This document shows, piece after piece, positions 55,330-64,000 of a DNA stretch of 64,000 nucleotides. Where the stretch lies: assembly GCA_015680685.1 (NCBI GenBank), contig MNCI01002560.1:381995-445994 (forward strand), read 5' to 3'. The notes under the pieces were generated by a model. The model worked only from the letters and a program-made list of their open reading frames with translations, was not told where the DNA came from and did not search any database. This stretch comes from Gnetum montanum (lineage: Eukaryota; Plantae; Gnetophyta). Made by a program: the position numbers and the translations under genes. Positions within the stretch are counted from its first letter, which is position 1. Every line of letters begins with the position of its first letter.

Positions 55330-57190
55330 GCAAGATCTAATAGTTATTACCACTCTTGAAAAAAACATAAGAATTTTCATGCTTACACAAGTTATCACTA
55401 TTATAGAAAGAAAGAATAAAACTTTGCAAGACTTAGTAAGATGCCTTCTAAAAAATGCTTAAATCCTTGATAATTTTTTGAGCATGGCCATGAATGTAGT
55501 AACCTACATCATCAATAGGATAATTAGCAATAATAAAAAGGAAAATTATTCATAAAAAATCTTCTACAAGAAACTTCCAAATATAAAACACATGAGAACA
55601 TTTCAATTTCATTATTATGTCAAGACACCAAAGCAATTCATAGATAAATTGAACAATAGAGAAAAAATAAATGCATATTTATAGTCTATGGCACTAAAAC
55701 AAGTGGATATACTTGCTATTATTCCATAGAGAGAAGATGACACTCATCTAAAGATGTTATATTCATGGAAGAAAATTTGAAATGAAAGATTTCTAAATTA
55801 CAAATGAAAGACTAGAAGTTCAAGGAAATCCCAAATTATGGATATAAACAGATCACCCTTAGGAACAAATGCTAAATAAAAAATTTGAAAGAAGTATAAG
55901 TAGATTAAATGAGATTATCAACATAGTATACTTAGCTATTTCTCTAGAATGAAAAATTATGGAATAAGTCTTAAAAATAAAAATGTGAAAAGAAGCCATG
56001 ACCATATAATATGAAGTAATAATAAAGAAAAACATGGAAATTAGTTGATAAATGAAAAGGTAAAAAGGTAAGTGACTACAAGTGGAGATACAATATAAAA
56101 TTTAATGAAGAAGGAGCATTCATCAAGTAAAAAGTAAGAATTGTAGTAAGAGGTTTTAGAAAAAAAGAAAAAAGAAACACATAGACTATGTGGTAATTTT
56201 TACTCTAGTGACTAGATTGAAAATGATTAAACTTGTTATCTCAATTGCTACTCCTCAAACATGTAAACTACATCAGATAAATGTAAACTTAGCCTTCCTA
56301 AATATAAACATCAATAAAAAAGTGTATATTTATCAATGAGAAAGATACATCATGAAAGGAAAGGAAGATAATTTTTTCAAACTAAAAGAAAACCTTTCTA
56401 TGGTGTAAAAGAAGCTCCTAGAGCTTGGTTCCATATAATTAATGAATACATATTGAAAAACGAATACTCATCTTACATGTTTGAATCAATCTTGCACTAT
56501 AAATATGACAATAAAAACTTGATAATAATCTATTCCTATGTAGATGATTTTATTTTTAGTCAAAAATGATAAAATAATATAATATTTTAAGAAAAAAATA
56601 AATAATAAATTTAATATGAAAGACCTAGGGGAATTGAAGGATTTTCTAGAAATACAAGTTCAACAAGACAAGGAGGAAATCAAACTTCATTAAACAAAAT
56701 ATGCTATAACCATCTTAGAAAATAAGAAAATTAGCAAAGAAAAGACCATTAAAACTTCTCTTCCTCATAACATAAATATGAAGAACAAAGAAGACTAAGA
56801 TATAGCTCATGTCACTTTTTAGAGAAGCATGATTAGAGTTCTTAGGTTTCTTTGTAATAGAAGAGTAGATTTGGAATTTTTCACCTCTCTTGTATAAAGG
56901 TTTATTTAAGAGTCTAGATAATATCATCTTAATGATCTTATCCATGTACTAAGATATGTAAAAGATACATTAGAATATGGAATCATCTACATCAAAGAGG
57001 ATGGATAATTTAATGCTTAGTTAGATGCTCATTGGGAATATGATCATAATAATAGAAAGTGTATTTCATGAGCTATCATGTTTCATGAAAATAAAACTAT
57101 ATTTTTGAAACCAAGAAATAAAATATCTATCAATATTTCTACTTATGAAGTAGAATTTATTACCATGACAAAATGTACTCAATTTATATT
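55330..57190 (+). pseudogene. Highly decayed Ty1/Copia pol (integrase, RT, RNase H)
   Basis: ERKNKTL.DLVR.LL; W.LVD, KW.Y.IK, KVRIVVRGF; LHQ.NV..AFLN; YGVKEAPRAW; YVDDF; MKDLGEL; ISTYEVEF; INT-RT-RH order. Confidence 0.82.
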
Positions 57191-57488
57191 GATGAGAAGT
57201 GAGTGTCTTGAATGCCCAACCATAAAGATCACAAATGCATACACAAGATCTAGTTGAATTTTATGGATGAAACCAACATGGTATCTAGATCATTAAGTTG
57301 ATTATATATTACTATTATAATGAAAAGAAATTCAACACTAGAAATCAAAGATCTCTATGTGAAATAGTTTTACCTTAAGATCCATGAGCCTTGATAGAAT
57401 TTAAGGTGCCTTAGATGGTCTTGTCAATTACCTAAAGACTTAATAGGTCTATTAATGAGATGAAAATGAGAGATTGTATGTGAATACT

Positions 57489-59249
57489 ATGGCAGCTAGA
57501 AATCTTAGTTTCTGGAATGAGAAACTAAAAGATCTAAGCATTGGAATAATTTTAACCCTAAATCTGAAGAGCCTCCATAAAATGGGATTCATGGTGCCCT
57601 AGACAGTCTTGTTGGTCATCCAAGGACTTACAAAGTGTAAATGGAAGTTGTTTTAGAAATGAAAATGTGATCATAGAAAAAATTAAAAAGTGAAAAAAAA
57701 AATGAAAATGGGAAAGTAAATGGAAATGAGAATGAAAAAAGAAATGTAAATGACCTACTAAAGATAGAAATCAAAATAGAATTTCAGTTATAGAAATAAA
57801 TGCAAAAATGGAAAAAGAAACCAAAACTTGTACAACATGAATAGCCAAATTTATAAAAAGTATAAAATAATTGGGTTCATGATGTATAAATTTGTGCCAA
57901 GAGTACAAGAAGTTTCTTGCTAGTGCTTGAAGTCCATTGGAGGAGGTACTACACCATGATCCAGTTTCTTCCTAGCTCTGATTTTCTACAGCTTTTTATT
58001 AGTTTTCACCAAGTCTAGAACATGGGAATGGGATTGGGCTTACACTTTCAATGCAATGGTAGCTAATGGAGGTGTCTAAACCTAGCATAGTACTAGTTTT
58101 TATTACTAGAAGTGTAGTTGGGTTGCAAGGGTTGTAATGAGATTTTGTGGTAAGAAAATAAAAAATTGTTATTGGTGCCAAAAGCTTGTAAAAATGCCAA
58201 GTGTTTCAAAATTCCAAGAATTTGAAACCTAAAAATGATTTTAATGTTGAATATTTATATGTTTAGGATTTTGATTTTTGGAACTATCATTGATTACCAT
58301 TGATTATTGATAGATTGGTAGTGATTGTGGGTTGCAATGGTCATCTACTACTGGCTTAGTTGATCATCTACTATAAATGTAGTTACTAGTTGTGGTAGGT
58401 CTAGAGTTGACTACATCCATAAAACCCATTTGTTTACTATAAATAGTAAATAGACTTTTGTGACTACATTGGCACCATTATTACTATACTAGTCTTTGTC
58501 AATGATTACATACTTTCAACATAGTTGCCATTTATGGTAAGTCTGGAATGGGCTACAACCAAAAAAATCCATATATTTACTATAAATAGTAAATGGACTT
58601 TTGTGACTACACTAACACCATTCCTATTATGTTGGCATTGGTGGAATATGTTGAAGTTGGTAAAAAATGTAAAAAAAGCTAGAAACTACAGAAATGGTGG
58701 AATGCATCAAAAAGTGCCATGCCTGGTGAAGAATGTTGTCTATGCTAGCTATTGTTGACTTGGAGTGACTACATTGTTTGTCATTGAAAAATTAGAAATT
58801 CCAACAATTTCAATGTTGTACTTTTTCTGGGTCTTGGTGTTAGCTATGCTCATTACTATGACTACTGAAAGTGTAGTTATTGTCACTACTAAAATTGTAG
58901 TTATTATGACTACTAAAATTGTAGTTATAGTGACTATTGAAAATATAGTTACAATGACTATTGAAAATGGCTCCAGCATAGTTGGGATTATACCACTACA
59001 CAAAACCATGGAAATACCATTTTTATTGTTTCCAAAGGCTTTTTTGACCTTCTCAAGCCCAAATATGAACATGGGGTACCCTTTTCTACTTGGGAAGTAA
59101 GGAAATACAAATTCTGAAGCATTTTTTTGGTTTCAAAAAGTTGAAGTATGCAAGATTGTAGCTCAAAGACAACACATCTTCCATGTAAAATGAATCCTTG
59201 CCCCAAGTTGGGAAATGAAGATTGCAACATGAAATTTGGTGGTGTTTCA
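57489..59249 (-). mobile_element. 3' LTR of Tat-like element D (minus strand), with PPT at 59254-59262
   Basis: Minus strand reads aaagagggg-ccaa-TGAAACACC; 57490-58050 is the reverse complement of Tat-B LTR-like sequence. Confidence 0.75.
58855..58970. repeat. 24-bp tandem repeat within LTR D
   Basis: atgactactaaaattgtagttatt x ~5. Confidence 0.8.
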
Positions 59250-60150
59250 TTGGCCCCTCTTTGTTGATGTCTAGAGGATTGACCCAAGAGACATTGAAAA
59301 AGAATACAAAACACCACTATAGGTTTTTTAGTAATGCTCCTTCTCTACTCTTAATATAGTACTATTGAACCATGTCCAAGAGTGCTTGTGATGATGGAAG
59401 AAGGTTATGATAAGAAAATAGTAAAGAAGTCATAAGGAAATGATTATGAGGGTTAACAATGCATTCCAAATGTTGACATCATGGCTATGACACTAACATG
59501 TTGATTTATTGTGTTTTTGGCACTTCATCTTTGGAAGTATTGGTCTCTTAGAGAATTCATTTGAGGATCCAACACTTAGCTTCAAGGTTTCTTTGATCAT
59601 TAGGCTCCTCCCTTTGTATGTTTGGAGTGATTAGTNCCAAGGTTTCTTTGATCATTAGGCTCCTCCCTTTGTATGTTTGGAGTGATTAGTTTGAGCTTTG
59701 AGGCTTCATTAGCCATTTGTCTTCTTGGAAATTTGTTTTCCCATCTATTTTTTATGGGGTAAAACCTTCATTGGGTTTCTTTTTCCAAGGCTAGTTTAAC
59801 TTGGTTTTACCACTGAGTGAGATGTGTTACACTCGATCAAGTAGATGGTTTTCCATTAAATGAGGTGTGCTACATTCAAAGACATCAAGATGGAGCATGA
59901 AAAAGGAATGTTGTATGACAATAGTTCATGAGTGTCAAACATTAGTAAACATTACTACCCAAGGTAAGGAGGGTTATAATTAAGTTATGGGCTTGGGCTC
60001 AAGGAGTGGTGCTAAATTGAGGGTGATGGTACAGGAACTATTGACAAAGAAAGAAAAACTCATGAAATATTTCACATTAGGGTCACATTGTTGAAAAACG
60101 ACAAGAATTTACATGTTATAAATAATCTTTATAATGTAGCTTTCACCCCA

Positions 60151-61625
60151 TGAAACCTAATGCAAAACTTCATTGTAAATGTGAAAATTCTAATCCATAA
60201 TGGGTAATTTCACATAATTTATACTTTTGGGGCTGAAGAATGCCTCATTCCTTAAGTGAAAAAAGTCACCTAGTGTCTATATTTGGGTGTTTTGTGGGGG
60301 GTGGGGGTTTGTTGGTTTGCGGTTGGGGGGATGTGGGGAGGGAGGGCTCAAAAATGCCTCTTGGAATATAATAAAAGGTAATTTGATGGGTTTTATGGGG
60401 GCTATACATTTTTTTATGTTGGAAATACATGCAAGGAGGTAGATCACACCTACCCCTAGCATGGAAGAATGAGGGTTTTGGAAACTTTCCCCCTTCAACA
60501 TGGAGATCACATGCACAACTTGGAAACTTTCTCCCCTTAGTGTGGAAGGTTTTCCACAACCTAGAGTCTTCATCACTAGCATGGAAAATTCAATCCCCCA
60601 ATGTGGAAGCCACAAAAAGAAAAAATTCATCACTTCATATACTTCAAGATTGACTAGCCACTTCAACAAGCATGGTGGAGAGCTCAATATGAAAGATTCA
60701 TCTCCAGCGTGGAAGGTTTCCCTATCTTACTATTTATGGTAAATATAATGGCCATGGCGGAAGTGCTTACTATGTATGGTAACCTCCCAAAATTGGGCAC
60801 ACATCTCACCTGCATTTGCAAAAAATTTACAACCATTTTATAGCCAATTATTTTCTAAATCATAGCTAATTTTTAGCTCCATTCATGGCTTAAATATCCT
60901 ATAAAATCCAACCTCAAACATTATTTATAGGTTCCAAAAATTTGGAGGAAGTTTAGCATTATCACGTAATATTTGAAATACACATAACATTGTTCATAAT
61001 TCCACACTTGGGACATTCTTAGACATTGAAGAGCTCTGGCAAGTTCCCATACTTGCATTCTCTTGAATTCCAACGTGGAAGCATTATAGCCTTGGGATTT
61101 GTGGATTTTGGATGTCAACATTGCACCTTTGAGATTTCCAAACCCCAACATGGAGCAATTTGGCATCCAAATTTTCCACTTTTGTTAGCCTCCAGTAGTG
61201 ACCAAACTTGTAGATCTAAGGTTGTAGTAGTGAAGGAGGGTTCAATAGCATCGAGAGTGTCTTAGCACTGGGATTATGGAGTAGAATACATTGACTTCAA
61301 TGGGCTTTGAACTCTTGCATAAGTGAACCCCCTTTCTACTCATCTAGGCACCATTTGTACATATTTCTCTAACTTATTCTTTATTCTATCTCAACAGGCT
61401 TTAAGTTTTAAGTTTTGTGTTAATTTTTTTTTTATTTTCTATGCATTATTTGGATCTATTTATATTCTTACATTTCACATTTCATAAGTCCCTAGTTGAT
61501 CTACTGGACTAGCCAAGGCACCTTAAATCCCATATTTTTCATGGAGGCCCTAGGGATTTAGGGTTGATGAATTGCTGCATTAAGGATCGTTGGTTTTCGA
61601 ATGATGAAGGTTTTTAGTTGCAATA
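60151..61625 (+). mobile_element. 5' LTR of Tat-like element E (start uncertain), followed by PBS at 61634-61650
   Basis: 61050-61625 is homologous to 27400-27962; tagcgtcagaagaagga is a decayed Arg-type PBS; tgaaacc at 60151 is a candidate start. Confidence 0.62.
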
Positions 61626-61859
61626 GTTTTTCTTAGCGTCAGAAGAAGGATGTTCACCTAAGTTTTTGATGAGACGCGACATGCACTGTGCCGCGATATT
61701 GCATCCCATGCAATATCGTGTCTTTCCCTGCGATATCGTGGTCCACCACCATATCTATAAATAAGAGGCGGCACTCCCCTTATTTCCCAATCTTGGCTAG
61801 AAGTAGCGAAGCTCTGGCAGATTGATCACTCCAGAGTTAGAATTTTTCCCATGTGCCCG

Positions 61860-62320
61860 NNNNNNNNNNNNNNNNNNNNNNNNNNNNNNNNNNNNNNNNN
61901 NNNNNNNNNNNNNNNNNNNNNNNNNNNNNNNNNNNNNNNNNNNNNNNNNNNNNNNNNNNNNNNNNNNNNNNNNNNNNNNNNNNNNNNNNNNNNNNNNNNN
62001 NNNNNNNNNNNNNNNNNNNNNNNNNNNNNNNNNNNNNNNNNNNNNNNNNNNNNNNNNNNNNNNNNNNNNNNNNNNNNNNNNNNNNNNNNNNNNNNNNNNN
62101 NNNNNNNNNNNNNNNNNNNNNNNNNNNNNNNNNNNNNNNNNNNNNNNNNNNNNNNNNNNNNNNNNNNNNNNNNNNNNNNNNNNNNNNNNNNNNNNNNNNN
62201 NNNNNNNNNNNNNNNNNNNNNNNNNNNNNNNNNNNNNNNNNNNNNNNNNNNNNNNNNNNNNNNNNNNNNNNNNNNNNNNNNNNNNNNNNNNNNNNNNNNN
62301 NNNNNNNNNNNNNNNNNNNN
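61860..62320. other. Assembly gap (N run)
   Basis: Continuous N. Confidence 0.99.
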
Positions 62321-62603
62321 GCTAGTTAATCTAGACTTAGGACATTAGTTAGAGTTAGCTTAGTTTCTCAACCCTTTCTCTCATAGCATAGGCGATAAAC
62401 TAAAAAATATCAAAAAAATCATATACCTCAGACTTGCTTAACCATACATAGTGACACATACAAGCAAGCTTGGGAAGACAACGAACGATTAACCCCAAGT
62501 GTTTCTTGTGGTGTTAAGGCATTTAGTTTGCGGAGTTCGATCGGATCGCACGTACACGCTCGTATTCGTATGGTTGAGTGTAGGGGTACCTCGCCACTCA
62601 TCA

Positions 62604-62622
62604 TTGGCACTGTTGTTGGGGA
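62604..62622 (+). promoter_or_regulatory. Primer binding site, tRNA-Asp type (Athila)
   Basis: ttggcactgttgttgggga resembles TTGGCGCCGTTGCCGGGGA, directly after the LTR CA. Confidence 0.8.
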
Positions 62623-62981
62623 CTAAGTGTTTTTCATGGCAATTGAACATAGGGATATCACTCACATCGTTGTGAGCTCTAACAAACCTTCAGGTTAATC
62701 AATTAATCAAGAACATAATTAACGGTAAAACAGCACACCATTAGAAATGGCTTCTTCTCACAAAATCAACTCACCTAAGGACAACACAGGAGAAGGTCAG
62801 CATCAGACGCATAACCTAGAATAGCTAGGTCCTAAAAAATCTAAGGTCACATATACTCATCCTGATGAGTATGTCCCTGACCTTACTTTTATTTTCCATC
62901 AAGATGAACAACTACGATGGAGAGATCTACAAGGTAACATCATGTTACCCCCAGATAGATCTGGCCCTACCATGCTTTTCT

Positions 62982-63248
62982 NNNNNNNNNNNNNNNNNNN
63001 NNNNNNNNNNNNNNNNNNNNNNNNNNNNNNNNNNNNNNNNNNNNNNNNNNNNNNNNNNNNNNNNNNNNNNNNNNNNNNNNNNNNNNNNNNNNNNNNNNNN
63101 NNNNNNNNNNNNNNNNNNNNNNNNNNNNNNNNNNNNNNNNNNNNNNNNNNNNNNNNNNNNNNNNNNNNNNNNNNNNNNNNNNNNNNNNNNNNNNNNNNNN
63201 NNNNNNNNNNNNNNNNNNNNNNNNNNNNNNNNNNNNNNNNNNNNNNNN
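62982..63248. other. Assembly gap (N run)
   Basis: Continuous N. Confidence 0.99.
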
Positions 63249-64000
63249 AAGAAGGTCGAGAGGAGTTAGGACAAGGGCAAGGACGTAGGGAAAGTAGGGA
63301 ACCACTACAACGACATCATAGACATCATGAAAGAGATGATGATGACAAACCCCTACTCACAACTCTAAGTATGCTTGACATAAAAGAGGCAGTTAGGATT
63401 CCCACAAGCCATTTAAAGGATAGTCAGATCAAGCGATTAGACATGAACAATATCCCATGATTTGAAGGGGGATACAATATCCCATGAACAATATTCCACG
63501 ATGCCTGTGCCTTGCAGAACATTGATATTGAGTGGCAGGAACTCAAGTTGTTCCCAAGGACACTCACCAAAGAAGCAGAGAGCTGGTACCGGTCCTTAGA
63601 ACCGGAAACCATCAGGAGGTGGAGTATGATGCTTGAATTGTTCAACAACAAATATCAGACGTACTCCAGAGTGTCCAACTTGCGTAAGAAGATCCAAGGC
63701 TGGAAAAAAGGTACTTATGAATCCTTGGATGCTGCCATGGCTCGTTACTATACACTACTACATCGTTGCTCGAGCCACGGGTACGCTAAGTGTGATCAAC
63801 TTCGCCACATCGTGGATGGGCTAAGAAATGAAACGAGAAGAACTCTTGGGACTTATGCCCAAGGAAGACTCTCCGAACTAAAAGCCCATGAAGTTGAAAG
63901 CTTGTTGGAATAAGTAGTGCAAGAAGAGGGTGAGCTACGGAAGAGAGAAAGTGCAGAAGAATACAACCGCGATCCCTCCCTTCGCAAGAAGGGAGTGAAA

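Larger units (their letters stand above)
61667..64000 (+). mobile_element. Younger Athila-like element: 5' LTR 61667-62603, PBS, gag (runs off window)
   Basis: TGATGAG..CTCATCA; PBS ttggcactgttgttgggga 62604-62622; gag ORF pieces 63250-64000 homologous to 4217-4860; retains more CpG than the other copies. Confidence 0.88.

Noticed and set aside
58749-59100. Hydrophobic Val/Ile/Thr-rich ORFs on both strands (membrane/env-like)
   Set aside because: They are translations of a 24-bp tandem repeat inside an LTR
61822-63460. Long ORFs in the ORF track
   Set aside because: Mostly X residues from N gaps

Overview
AT-rich, heavily C->T/G->A-decayed land-plant intergenic/heterochromatic DNA. It consists almost entirely of nested, degenerate LTR retrotransposons, and I see no intact host gene, RNA gene or CRISPR array. 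Recognisable parts are: (1) several Athila-type Ty3/Gypsy pieces (TGATGAG..CTCATCA LTRs, tRNA-Asp-type PBS); (2) a full-length CRM-like chromovirus (19630-26623); (3) a very old Copia pol remnant; (4) five or six members of a Tat/Ogre-like family (TGAAACACC LTR start, tRNA-Arg-type PBS, AAAGAGGGG PPT). The most notable structure is the Tat-like element 27114-54252 (TSD GACAA). Its gag-protease is separated from RT-RH-aRH-INT by a ~9 kb intron-like spacer. The spacer holds an antisense, intron-containing gene of about 8 exons (now pseudogenised). Upstream of that gene is an array of ~20-bp palindromes spaced roughly every 190 bp, and ~30-bp tandem arrays bracket the cassette. Coordinates were read by eye and are approximate. 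Family assignments rest on recognised motifs, not on database searches.
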